Below are positions 31,094 through 40,907 of a stretch of DNA of 64,000 nucleotides, one piece after another. Source of the DNA: Desulfomicrobium sp. (GTDB taxonomy: Bacteria > Desulfobacterota > Desulfovibrionia > Desulfovibrionales > Desulfomicrobiaceae); NCBI GenBank assembly GCA_040768745.1, contig JAXGMI010000001.1:576001-640000 (forward strand), read 5' to 3'. The position numbers and the translations under genes are program-made. Each line of letters starts with the position of its first letter. Position 1 is the first letter of the stretch. The notes under the pieces are model-generated. The model was given only the letters and a program-made list of their open reading frames with translations. It was not told the origin of the DNA and made no database searches.

Positions 31094-31353
31094 AGAGGGT
31101 GTTGGAGACGCCACAGCCAAAGATGGTTGATCCATGTTCTCCCGGCAAGATGTGTAAAGCGGCAAAGCGGGACTGTTCGCGGGCGTTCCATTCTGGCTGC
31201 CCGCGAAGCCGCTTACTGGTGTGGACGGGCACCCTGGAGTAGCCCCAAATTCGACCGGAGACCCTGCCAACCGTAAGAAGTAGTGCAAGAGGTATGTCCA
31301 CAGAGTGCTGACGACTATCCAACTGTCGAAGTCGTCAATGGGGTTCAGCGCCG

Positions 31354-33229
31354 CCCAAGTTTGACAGCAATATCGAGCTTATTTGTTTAAAATTAGGATA
31401 TTATCGCTTCGGCGCTAGTTGGAGTTTACACTACATTTCCTTTTTCTCCACGGGTCGGGATCGGCGGGACTCCCAGAGCACGCAGGATCTTTTTCTGCGC
31501 GTCCGTGGGGCGACTAGGAGTCATCAGCGTCTCCTCTCCGACCATGATCTCCCCCATCTTGATCTGACGCAGAAGGCGGATGGCTGTCGGCACAGACACT
31601 GCCATTCCTTTGAGCTTGTTGCGCATCCAGCGCTCTAACTGCAATGCGATCACGCAGACAAACACATGTGCCCTGATTCGCTCCTCAGTCCAGTGATACA
31701 CAGGGCGTAGTTCCAAGGTGCTTTTGAGCGCTCTCCATCCCCGTTCAATTTCAGCAAGCTCTTTGTAATGTTTGATAATGTCTGCGCATGGTGCATCCAT
31801 GTCGGTTGTTTCGAGAAGCAAGACGCCATCGATCTTTTCCTCCCAAGCCCTGCGTTTCCTGTGGGCCTTGACGATGACCTGATCCTGAGTGAGCGCAACT
31901 TGGAACAATGAGAGCAAGCCCTTGTCACGCAGGTAATCCCTGATGCGGTCGTATTGACCCTGTGGGCTTGGTTTGCGTCCCTTGCCTGACCTTGGGGCGA
32001 GTATTTCCCGGATCTTGGCATCGGCCTTGGCAAGGCGCTCCTGGCGGTTCGCCTTGGTTTCGGCTGCGATCTTCGGAGAATAGGCCATAACGAACCGGAC
32101 CCCGCTGCGAACTTCCTCGACAATCTCCTCGTCCTGCCCATTAAACGAGATCTTAAGACGCAACGCCTCGATCACGCTCCGCGCCTCCTCTCCACGACGC
32201 AATGGATGCGCCACGATGAAGCCGAATTCCTCGGCCAGCAACGTCTCGAGATTTTGGTCCGAGAGCATTCCCCTGTCCCCGACAAACACCACGCTGCGTA
32301 GCTTGAAGCGAGTCTTCAGATCCTTCACCACCTCAACCACAGTGGTCTTATCCACGGTGTTCCCCGGAAAGACATGGTGGCAAAGCGGTATGCCGTCCTT
32401 GCCCATGACCACGCCGATGGTGATTTGGCGCCGATCAAACCGGCCATCGCGACTGTATCCGAAGCGCCGAATGTCATCCTCCACCAACGATCGATCCCCG
32501 TCGAACCATGTGGAAGTGATGTCATAGAAGAGCAGGTCGCCTTCCCAATGCGCCTTGGGCATGAAGCGCTTGGCTATCAAGGGCTCCAAAGCTTCCTTCG
32601 CATCCAGCAATCTATCCATGGCGCGCAGGAGATGGTGATAGGCCGGGCGGTGTTGCTCAAATCCAGAAAGCCAGACGCCATCGAGCCAATCCAGTAGCGC
32701 CAGTTTGGAGCACGGATCGCAGAGTCGATTGACGATCAGCAACTTGATCAGTTCAGCATAATCCATCCCGGCCCCGGTCTTTACTCCTGCACGGGCCAGG
32801 GCTTTGGAGAGTCCCAGGATTTCCCAGAGATGTTTGACCGCGTGAACATGTCCGAAATCACGTGCAAACGTGAGGAGCGGCGGTCCAGTCTGAACCGGGT
32901 CTCGACCGAGAGCTTTCTGGAAGCCAGCGATGAGTCTCTCGACCTGGTCTTCGCCCAAACTCTCGATAGTGCCGAGATGAGCCAGGATGCGTGTGCGCGG
33001 AGATCCGCCTTTCTCGGGATCACGGAAAGATTCCGCGATCTGAAGATGGCGGTAGACTTTGTCGCCTCGTTTCTGCTTGGCTATTCGTACAAACATAAAC
33101 TACGAGTAGCATTATTATTCATGAATAGCAATGTTTATGTCTATTTTGTACGTACTACAAATTGGGCATTAAAAAACAATATAAGTCATAACTTCGAGGT
33201 GTTAGCCTCAGGCCGCTGTCAAACTTGGG
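31354..33229 (-). mobile_element. Complete IS1634-family insertion sequence
   Basis: Perfect 15-bp IRs CCCAAGTTTGACAGC (31354-31368) and GCTGTCAAACTTGGG (33215-33229); 6-bp TSD GCGCCG. Confidence 0.93.
31426..33096 (-). CDS. IS1634-family DDE transposase
   Basis: Motifs LFYDITS, FGYSRDGR, FPGNTVD, VFVGDRGM, YKELAEIERGWRALKS, RPVYHW, RIRAHVFVC. Confidence 0.92.
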   Translation of the reverse strand: MFVRIAKQKRGDKVYRHLQIAESFRDPEKGGSPRTRILAHLGTIESLGEDQVERLIAGFQKALGRDPVQTGPPLLTFARDFGHVHAVKHLWEILGLSKALARAGVKTGAGMDYAELIKLLIVNRLCDPCSKLALLDWLDGVWLSGFEQHRPAYHHLLRAMDRLLDAKEALEPLIAKRFMPKAHWEGDLLFYDITSTWFDGDRSLVEDDIRRFGYSRDGRFDRRQITIGVVMGKDGIPLCHHVFPGNTVDKTTVVEVVKDLKTRFKLRSVVFVGDRGMLSDQNLETLLAEEFGFIVAHPLRRGEEARSVIEALRLKISFNGQDEEIVEEVRSGVRFVMAYSPKIAAETKANRQERLAKADAKIREILAPRSGKGRKPSPQGQYDRIRDYLRDKGLLSLFQVALTQDQVIVKAHRKRRAWEEKIDGVLLLETTDMDAPCADIIKHYKELAEIERGWRALKSTLELRPVYHWTEERIRAHVFVCVIALQLERWMRNKLKGMAVSVPTAIRLLRQIKMGEIMVGEETLMTPSRPTDAQKKILRALGVPPIPTRGEKGNVV

Positions 33230-33750
33230 GCGCCGCCGTTGGTCGGTTGCGGACAAGGTTCGAATGGTAGAAGAAGCATCCCAACCGGGGATAAATGTTT
33301 CGTATGTGGCCCGTAAGTACGGCATCGCTCCGAATCTTCTTTTTCGTTGGAAAAAACTCATGAGCGATGGCGGCAAAGTTGCGGTCCAGGCCGACGACAA
33401 CGCTGTGAGTATCAGTGAACCCAAAGCGTTGAAAAAACGAATTCGGGATCTCGAACGTCTTCTTGGCAAAAAGACCATGGAAGCCGAAATCCTGAAGGAA
33501 GCTCTCGAAATCGCCCGCGAAAAAAAACTGATCTCGCGCACGCCGCTGCCCTTCGAGGACGATTCCCTGTGAAACGCATAGCGGAGGCGATGGACGTGCC
33601 CCGATCCCGCCTCATAGAGCGCTTAGGCGACACGAACGCTATGCTGTCAACGGAACTCGAAAACTGACCCACCCGGCCTAATCCTCTGTCTGCATGACCG
33701 GAATCTGCTGGCCGATGATTCCGGACTTGCGCTTGTCCTTAAGTCGGCAA

Positions 33751-34008
33751 CTATCCCCCCGAATCTGAACGACGTGGGCATGGTGCCCCGGCCACGTGCC
33801 GCAGGAGCAGAAGCATCTGGTCTCCGTAATGGGTCAAGTCGCCGGCCTCCCGGCCCTGGTGAAAGGGGGCGAGCTCCGGCTTGACATCGGACGTGACCCG
33901 TCCGTAGCGACGGACGATGGCATCGGTGTCGTAGACCCAGTGCACGCCCAGGGCCAGGGAGTCGGCGGCGAAGGCGGCCAGGATCGCGTTCCGAGGGTTG
34001 CCGTGCAT
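33751..34008 (-). pseudogene. N-terminal fragment of an ADP-ribosylglycohydrolase-family protein, truncated at the island edge
   Basis: ADSLALGVHWVYD...AGDLTHYGDQ is followed by loss of similarity and a stop after 85 aa; AAGGAGG RBS. Confidence 0.65.
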
Positions 34009-34185
34009 GACATGCCTCCTTGTTCAGGTCGGTCTGGGGTCAGTTTTGTCCGGACCGTTCCCGCGACCCTAACCGGAAACAGGGTCCCTGGTCAAAGCAG
34101 CCCGCGCCCCAGGGCCTTCCGCCTCCCCGCGGTGCATCGGGCTTGAGAGCCTGTGCCGCTGAACCTGTACCTGCAAGGGATCCCC

Positions 34186-35085
34186 ATGCGTTTCGGACTG
34201 TGTTGCATTTTCGTGGCCGAACCGGTCAGCTTCCGCACGACCACGGCCAAGGCCTTGTCCGCCCTGACCCGCCGCGAGGCCCTGGCCAGGGTTGCGGGCA
34301 TCTGCCTGCACAACGCCGTGAACCTGCTCCAGGCTGTGCGGACCTGCCAGCGGCTGGGCATCGGGGCCTTCCGCATCACGTCCCCCCTGTTCCCGCGCAT
34401 GACCCACCCGCAGGTCGGCTACAGGCTGGAAGATCTGCCCGAGGCCGAGGCCATCACCAGTCACCTGGAGGCGACCAGAACCTTTGCCCTGGAGCACGAC
34501 ATCCGCCTGAGCTTCCACCCAGACCAGTTCGTGGTCTTGTCCTCACCCCACGCCCACGTTGTCGAGAGTTCCGTCAGGGAGCTGGTGTACCAGGCCTTCC
34601 TGGCCGACATGGTCGGCGCCGACGTCATCAACATCCATGCCGGAGGGGCCTACAACGACAAGACCGCTGCCTTGAAACGCCTGGCCAGCGTGATCAGGGG
34701 CCTCCCCGAAAACGTGGCCTCGCGGCTGACCCTGGAAAACGACGACGTGACCTACACCGTGCGTGACCTGCTGCCCACCTGTGCGGATCTCGGCCTGCCT
34801 CTGGTCTATGACGTCCATCACCACCGCTGCAACCCCGACGGCATGGACGAAGCCGAGGCCACGGGCCTGGCGTCGGCCACATGGAAGGGTCGCGAGCAGT
34901 ACTGCCACCTTTCGTCCCCGCAGGGTGGCTGGCAGGGCAACCCCAGGCCCCACGCGGACTACATCGATCCGGCAGATGTTCCCGCCTGCTGGGTGGGGCG
35001 CCCTGTGACCGTCGACGTGGAGGCCAAGGCCAAGGAGCTGGCCGTGGTCCGCCTGATGGCCCATCTGGAAGGCCGGCCGGCCTGA
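34186..35085 (+). CDS. uvsE: UV DNA damage repair endonuclease
   Basis: Motifs RFGLCC, RLSFHPDQF, INIHAGGAY, RLTLENDD, YDVHHH, HADYI, VEAKAKE. Confidence 0.92.
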   Translation: MRFGLCCIFVAEPVSFRTTTAKALSALTRREALARVAGICLHNAVNLLQAVRTCQRLGIGAFRITSPLFPRMTHPQVGYRLEDLPEAEAITSHLEATRTFALEHDIRLSFHPDQFVVLSSPHAHVVESSVRELVYQAFLADMVGADVINIHAGGAYNDKTAALKRLASVIRGLPENVASRLTLENDDVTYTVRDLLPTCADLGLPLVYDVHHHRCNPDGMDEAEATGLASATWKGREQYCHLSSPQGGWQGNPRPHADYIDPADVPACWVGRPVTVDVEAKAKELAVVRLMAHLEGRPA

Positions 35086-35339
35086 CTTCAGACGGACTCG
35101 GGGATGCACGAACCTGATGGGGCCCCGGACATCCCGGGAGGGATGGTTGGCGGTGTGGGCAGGAAATCCTGCACCCAAGGCGCACGAAGGAATCGGACGA
35201 AACGTGTTTGCCGGCGGGAAAGATTGCCTCCAGCGCACTCTTCCCCGCGGATGGCCAATCGTGAGGGGCGATGGAACCCAAGCCAGGGGGTTTTGCCCCC
35301 CGGCTGGGCAGAAAAACCCGTTCAGCAGGATCGCAACGT

Positions 35340-35690
35340 TCAGACTGCCCTGTCCGCGCTTTTCCTGGCTGGCATGCCCCCCCTGCTTTTGTCTTCTGCC
35401 TGATATCCGAATTCAGATTTCAATGTGTCCCGCACTCTGCAAGCGGCTTTGGCCATTTTTGCTATGGAAATCCCGCCATGTGGGACAGGGATGGCAATCA
35501 GGCTTGCGATATTGCTGATGCCCATAACCTGCTTGAGATTTGTTTCCGACGACAGTGCGTAGTCGATAAGATTGTCAGAATATTTTTCTGTATCCTTGTC
35601 GTAACACTCCCCGGTGATGGAAAATCCAGAATTTCTCATCGCATCTGCCAATCTTATTATGGATTTGTTTCTCACGTTCTTCTCCACCAT
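35340..35690 (-). CDS. Hypothetical protein (AT-rich)
   Basis: Protein-like C-terminal portion of a longer ORF, from MVEKNVRNK; no recognisable motif. Confidence 0.35.
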   Translation of the reverse strand: MVEKNVRNKSIIRLADAMRNSGFSITGECYDKDTEKYSDNLIDYALSSETNLKQVMGISNIASLIAIPVPHGGISIAKMAKAACRVRDTLKSEFGYQAEDKSRGGMPARKSADRAV

Positions 35691-36248
35691 AAAATTGTAC
35701 ATACATTCATGGATAATATCTTGTTTTCGCGACAGCAAAAACGCGAAACACCGAACCTGCATGGAGATGCGCCTGGTTCCGAGGGCCTGCGCCGACTTTT
35801 TCAGGCCTCCCGTCATGCATGCAGCCCCCATGGACCGCCTGGCACCCGCGCTGCCGATCCCCTGCACATGCCGTGGCGTGGATTTCACGGAAAACAGATG
35901 GATCTGCGAAACGATATTCATTCCATGATCAGTGTACCCCATGCACGGCAGAGGAAAAGTATGAATCAGGGGCGGCAGAGTATGATTTTTGCTCACACCT
36001 TGATGCAGCACCGGCGTGCACGTGCTCCGAGGGCGGAGGTTCCTGGGAGACCTGGGCTGACGGGGCGGGCCCACTGACCAGGGAGGGGGGCGGAAAAGGC
36101 ATGCGGGTGGAGCTGCGGGCAGCACGCGGAGGTGACGGGGGGGGACCGGGGCGCAGCGGGTGCGCGCCGGAGGGTGCTCAGGAGACACGGACCGGGCGCG
36201 GGCTGGCAAACGCCCAGAGCCCTTTGCCCGCGACCCATGCCCTGCGGA

Positions 36249-36821
36249 TCAGGGAAAGAACGTGTCGGCGTCCCTGCGCCCCAAGTCGTCCGCTGCAGCC
36301 TGCATTTTCGCAATGATGTGGCGCAGGTCCCCGTCGTCGCCCTGCATGGCCGGAAGCAGGGCCTGAGCGAAGGCGTTTTCTGCCTTGTGCAGGCAATTGC
36401 AGAACAGCAGGTAGTTGGTTTTGCTGGCATAGCCTGCCCGGACCAGCTCCGCGAGGGTGCTTCCGGAAGAGGACAGGAGCAGCCTGTAATGGTCGATGAG
36501 GTGCCCCATCCACTCCGTGTACAGCGGGCGGGCTTCGTCCGGGATGCGTGCCCCTTCCAGGAGTTCGTTCCAGTCCACAGGCGTCCCTGCCCCCTCCGCC
36601 TCAAAGGCCGCATCGAGGGCGCGTCGCCGGGATTTCATGTAGTTTCCGGTGAAATCTTCCAGGCCTTTGGTATACTGCTTCATCTTCTGGGCAAAAAAGA
36701 CGAAGAAGATGGGGAGCAGAATCATCCACAAATGTGGCTTGGGCTTGTCGAACACCAGCAGGGCGAGTTCCCGGGCCATCCGTGTCTCGTGGTCAAGGAT
36801 CAGACGCTTTTTTCGTTCCAT
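36249..36821 (-). CDS. Conserved hypothetical protein with one hydrophobic segment
   Basis: 190-aa ORF with host-like codon usage; KPKPHLWMILLPIFFVFF segment. Confidence 0.75.
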   Translation of the reverse strand: MERKKRLILDHETRMARELALLVFDKPKPHLWMILLPIFFVFFAQKMKQYTKGLEDFTGNYMKSRRRALDAAFEAEGAGTPVDWNELLEGARIPDEARPLYTEWMGHLIDHYRLLLSSSGSTLAELVRAGYASKTNYLLFCNCLHKAENAFAQALLPAMQGDDGDLRHIIAKMQAAADDLGRRDADTFFP

Positions 36822-36993
36822 GGGTCAAAAAACCTTGTGCTTCGGTTTGAAGACGGTACGCGCATGGTTTAGGGCAAACTGCCGCGATCAGCAAATTACT
36901 TGTGCCGCCACCTCCCGCCGGCCGCAGGCAAAAAACACGCCTCCCCCGCCTGTGGGGCGGCTGCGCCTGCCACAATCGCCATGCGCATTTTGG

Positions 36994-37941
36994 TCATGAC
37001 GTTATTTGCCGCTCCGCAGACCCGGTCTGATGCCCGGCCCAGATTCGGGCCAGGGCCATGCCGGACAGGTTCTGCCACAGGCTGAAAATCGCCCCGGGCA
37101 GGGCGGCCTCAGGGCCGAAAAAAACACTGGCCAAGGCGGCGGCCAGACCCGAATTCTGCATGCCGACCTCGATGGATATGGTCCTGGCCGTGATGGTTCT
37201 GGCGCCCAGACCGCGCGCACACCAAAAACCCGCCAGATACCCGAACCCGTTGTGCAGGATGACGGCCAGAATGACCAGGGCCGGAAAATCGAGGATGTTT
37301 TTCTGGTTCAGACCCACCACGCAGGCGATGACCGCGGAGATGGTCAGGACCGAGATCGACGGAAAGATGCGGACCACGGGCTTCAGCCGCTCGCGCAGCA
37401 GATGCCGGAGGATCAGACCGTCCAGGAGGGGGAAGACCACGATCCAGAACACGGACTGGACCATGGCCCAGAAATCCACGTCCACCCGCTGTCCGGCCAC
37501 GAGCTCCATCAGGGCCGGAGTGGCCAAAGGGGCGGCGAGGGTGGAACCCAGGGTCATGACCACGGACAGGGGCACATCCGCCTTGGCAAAATAGGCGATG
37601 ACATTGGAAGCCGTGCCCGAGGGGCAGCATCCCACCAGGATGACGCCCACGGCCGCGCTGGCAGGCAGGTCCAGGAGAAGGCAGACGGCCCAGGCGATGC
37701 CCGGCATGAGCACATACTGCAGCCCCACGCCCAGACCTGCCGCGCGCCACTCCCGGCCCACGCGGACAAAATCCGCAAACTCCAGGGTCAGTCCCATGCC
37801 GAACATGATGAGACCCAGGCCCAGGGAGATGTGCGGAGCAATCCACGAAAAGAGCGGCGGATGCACAAGGGCCAGGACGGAAAATCCAACGGCCAGGACC
37901 AGGTAGTTCCTTTCGATCCAGGCGGCCAGGGTATTCAGCAT
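36994..37941 (-). CDS. Bile acid:sodium symporter (BASS) family transporter
   Basis: Motifs IMFGMGLTL, QYVLMP, GCCPSGTASNV, SIEVGMQNSGLA. Confidence 0.93.
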   Translation of the reverse strand: MLNTLAAWIERNYLVLAVGFSVLALVHPPLFSWIAPHISLGLGLIMFGMGLTLEFADFVRVGREWRAAGLGVGLQYVLMPGIAWAVCLLLDLPASAAVGVILVGCCPSGTASNVIAYFAKADVPLSVVMTLGSTLAAPLATPALMELVAGQRVDVDFWAMVQSVFWIVVFPLLDGLILRHLLRERLKPVVRIFPSISVLTISAVIACVVGLNQKNILDFPALVILAVILHNGFGYLAGFWCARGLGARTITARTISIEVGMQNSGLAAALASVFFGPEAALPGAIFSLWQNLSGMALARIWAGHQTGSAERQITS

Positions 37942-38167
37942 CAGAGCCTCCACGTTGGGGTGGACCGGACATTGCGGTCCGTGCGACAGCTTCGTCGATG
38001 GACGCGCCCTGAGGTCGAGCGAGCGTTCCTTCAGCCCCATGAACTTGCACAACCTATTCAGAACACCCGGGCCCCGACAGGGGCCGCCGCGGCGCAGAAC
38101 GTCGAACTGCGGAAGAAGCGCAGACGGCCTTATTCTATTACCATGCCGTTTTTATTCAAAAATTGGA

Positions 38168-39103
38168 TTACGGCAATTCCACGGCCCAGGACTCCAGCGG
38201 CGGAACCTGGGTCACGACCTTTTCCCGCAGCAGGAAATCGGCGAACCGGGTATAGCGCTTGTGGTCCAATGCCCCGGGGCGGAGGGCGAAACGGGGCACG
38301 GTGTCCTTCCAGGCCCGGCGGTTCAGCTCGTCGTCCAGTCCCTCCCGTCCGCTGCCGACGAAGAGCTTCCAGGATTCCTCGGGATGGTTGACCAGGTACT
38401 GCACCCCTTCTTCCAGGGCATCGACAAACCGGCGCAGCCGGGGGTCGCGGACGCTCCTGGCGGACGACACCAGAATCAGCTCGTCGTAGGGCGGGACCCC
38501 ATGCTCCTCCACGAAAAAGGCCCGGCCCGGGCGTCCTTCGATGTCCATCTGGTTCAGCTCGAAGTTGCGGAACGCCCCGATGACCCCGTCGGTCTGCCCC
38601 GTGAACAGGGACGGCGACAGGGAGAAATTGACATTGACCAGTTTCACGTCGTCGAGGGCCAGCCCCTCCCGTGCCAGCATGACCCTCAGCAGCGCGGTTT
38701 CGAATCCGCCCACCGAATAGCCGATGGTCTTGCCTTTCAGGTCGGCCATGGACGCGATGGGGCCGTCCTTGAGGACCACCAGCGAGTTGAGGGGCGTGGC
38801 GATGAGTGTGGCGATGCGCACCAGGGGCAGGCCTTCGGCCACCTGCATGTGGTGCTGGTGCTGGTAGGACACGGCGATATCGGCCTGGCCTGCGGCCACG
38901 AGCTTGGGCGGGTCATTGGGGTTGGACGGGGCTATGAGCTCCACGTCGAGACCCCTGGCCTTGAAAAAGCCTTTTTCCAGGGCCACATACAGGGGCGCAT
39001 GATCGGGATTGACGAACCAGTCCAGGAGCACGGTCAGTTTTTCGGCCCGGGCCGAAGAGACGCTCAGCGCCAGCGCGGCAAGAAGGAGGCAGAATTGTTT
39101 CAT
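38168..39103 (-). CDS. thiY: ABC transporter substrate-binding protein, NMT1/THI5-like (ThiY-type HMP uptake)
   Basis: Signal peptide, LDWFVNPDHAPLYVA, GAFRNFE, GVPPYDEL; part of the thi operon. Confidence 0.8.
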   Translation of the reverse strand: MKQFCLLLAALALSVSSARAEKLTVLLDWFVNPDHAPLYVALEKGFFKARGLDVELIAPSNPNDPPKLVAAGQADIAVSYQHQHHMQVAEGLPLVRIATLIATPLNSLVVLKDGPIASMADLKGKTIGYSVGGFETALLRVMLAREGLALDDVKLVNVNFSLSPSLFTGQTDGVIGAFRNFELNQMDIEGRPGRAFFVEEHGVPPYDELILVSSARSVRDPRLRRFVDALEEGVQYLVNHPEESWKLFVGSGREGLDDELNRRAWKDTVPRFALRPGALDHKRYTRFADFLLREKVVTQVPPLESWAVELP

Positions 39104-39219
39104 AATTGGTCACCTTGGTTGTGGAAAAGGGTTATGATGTCTCGCGGCCCGGCGGCCGGGGTCCGTTCCCGCATCGGCTTTGGGGCGAGTACGTCTGGGG
39201 GACATGATGTCTCGCGTAT

Positions 39220-39969
39220 TCATGAAATCCCTCCCTGCGGTTGCCAGAAGACAAGCTTGGCCAGCAGGCGGTCGACGAGGAAATAGAGTCCCAGGGACAC
39301 GGCCGCCAGGACAGTCAGGGCCGCGAACATGATATCGATCTGCATGCGCGCGTTGGCGTGCAGCATGTAAAAACCCAGGCCGGCGCTGGAACCGACCCAC
39401 TCGCCGACCACGGCCCCGATGGGCGCCACGGCCGTGGCCACCCTCAATCCCGAGGCAAAGGCGGGCAGGGCCGAGGGAACGATGATGACCGACAGGACCT
39501 TGAGCCTCCGGGCGCCCATGATGCGGGCCAGCTCCAGGAGGTCCGGGTCCGTGCGTTGCATGCCGCTGTAGAAGGACGAGGCCACCGGAAAGAAAATGAT
39601 CAGCACCGCCATGCCCACCTTGGAGGCCATGCCGTACCCGAGCCACAGCACCAGGATCGGGGCCAGGGCAAAAACCGGAATGGCCTGGCTGACCACGAGC
39701 ACGGGCAGCAGCCAGCGCTTGAAGAACGGGGACATGATCATGACCAGGGCGGCCAGTGTGCCCAGGATCGTCCCCAGGGTCAGACCCAGCAGGATTTCCG
39801 CCATGGTCGTGCCAAGGTGCCTGGCCAATGCGGGAAAATGGGTCACGACCGCCTGGCCCACGGGCAGCGGGCCAGGCAGAATGTAGGGGGGAACCCCGCT
39901 CAGACTGACCACGGCCTGCCACAGGAGAAGAAGGCCCAGGGCCAGGATCGTCGGGCGCAGGACGTTCAC
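39220..39969 (-). CDS. thiX: ABC transporter permease (ThiX-type)
   Basis: SQAIPVFALAP, EAA-like loop, GAVVGEWVG. Confidence 0.8.
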   Translation of the reverse strand: MNVLRPTILALGLLLLWQAVVSLSGVPPYILPGPLPVGQAVVTHFPALARHLGTTMAEILLGLTLGTILGTLAALVMIMSPFFKRWLLPVLVVSQAIPVFALAPILVLWLGYGMASKVGMAVLIIFFPVASSFYSGMQRTDPDLLELARIMGARRLKVLSVIIVPSALPAFASGLRVATAVAPIGAVVGEWVGSSAGLGFYMLHANARMQIDIMFAALTVLAAVSLGLYFLVDRLLAKLVFWQPQGGIS

Positions 39970-40709
39970 TCTCCCTCCCTGCTCATGAGCCGTGCCAGCA
40001 AGCCGGCATAGAGGGCGGTCACGCCCGGGTCCCCCGGGTCACGCGGGGGCGGGCCAGACGGGTCGATGGTTTCGAACACCCGCGCGGGTGTTCCGCCGAG
40101 AACCACGACCCGGTGCCCCAGGCGCAGAGCCTCCAGCGGGTCGTGGGTGACCAGGACCACCGTTGCGCCCTGGGTCAGGCGTGCGGCCAGGTTCTGCAGT
40201 CTGAGCCTGGTCAGGGCGTCCAGGGCCGAGAATGGCTCGTCCATGAGGATGACGGGGCGCTCCTCCATGAGGGTGCGCAGGAGGGCCACCCGCTGGCGCA
40301 TGCCCCCGGACAGGGCAGCGGGCATTTTCCCTTCACATCCGGACAGGCCTGCCTCCCGCACCAGGGACAGGGCCTTGTCCCGGTCGCGTTCCCTCAGCTC
40401 GCCCCGCAGCCTGGCCCCGAGCAGGACGTTGTCCAGCAGGTTCAGCCAGGGCAGGAGCAAATCGTTCTGACTCATCCAGGACACCTGGCCGCAGGCATCC
40501 GGCCGGGATGCGAAGCGCACCTCCCCTGCACAGGCGAGGTGCGGCGAACCAGCCAGAAGCCTCAAGAGCGTGGACTTGCCGCATCCGCTGGGGCCCAGGA
40601 TACAGGTCGTCTGCCCCCCGGGAATGTGCAGGGAAAAATCGGCAAACAGGGGCTGGTCTGCATAGTTCAGGTGGATGCGGTCCAGGGTGATACCCGGGGC
40701 GTCCCGCAT
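39966..40709 (-). CDS. thiZ: ABC transporter ATP-binding protein (ThiZ-type)
   Basis: Motifs GPSGCGKST, LSGGMRQR, LMDEPFSALD, VTHD. Confidence 0.8.
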   Translation of the reverse strand: MRDAPGITLDRIHLNYADQPLFADFSLHIPGGQTTCILGPSGCGKSTLLRLLAGSPHLACAGEVRFASRPDACGQVSWMSQNDLLLPWLNLLDNVLLGARLRGELRERDRDKALSLVREAGLSGCEGKMPAALSGGMRQRVALLRTLMEERPVILMDEPFSALDALTRLRLQNLAARLTQGATVVLVTHDPLEALRLGHRVVVLGGTPARVFETIDPSGPPPRDPGDPGVTALYAGLLARLMSREGE

Positions 40710-40907
40710 GTCCACAACACGGGAACGTGAAGCGGCGAAACTATCCATGCAGGAGCCTGTGCCCCGGCCCGCCGGGCAATCTGTGGATGGCCACGGCCAT
40801 TGCCGGCCAGGCACTGCCGGAGACTGCGCCTGGCCCCGCATCTGCGGAAACGGCGTCCTGTTTGACATGGGAGGCAGACCGTGGGGTGGCATGCATGAGG
40901 GGCCGGA

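Larger units (their letters stand above)
31235..33630 (+). mobile_element. Degenerate IS2-like (IS3 family) element: orfA split by IS1634, orfB truncated
   Basis: Left end TGGAGTAGCCCC. The rejoined orfA ..VEVVNGVQRR|RWSVADKVRMVEE..LERLLGKKTMEAEILKEA resembles IS2 InsC. There is an A-run slippery site near 33520 and an orfB start VKRIAEAMDVPRSRL. Confidence 0.8.
12192..33790. mobile_element. Lower-GC accessory island (catabolic cargo plus IS elements) downstream of tRNA-Leu; ends approximate
   Basis: Visible drop in GC and codon bias relative to the flanks, several IS elements, and a truncated host gene at the right edge. No integrase or attR was found. Confidence 0.65.

Noticed and set aside
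31195..31216. Orphan IS66-like end (reverse complement GTAAGCGGCTTC...)
   Set aside because: Only 7 bp match the IS66 terminus, and there is no partner end or transposase fragment
12170..33800. attL/attR pair for the tRNA-Leu island
   Set aside because: No second copy of the tRNA-Leu 3' end and no integrase were found by eye, so site-specific integration is unproven
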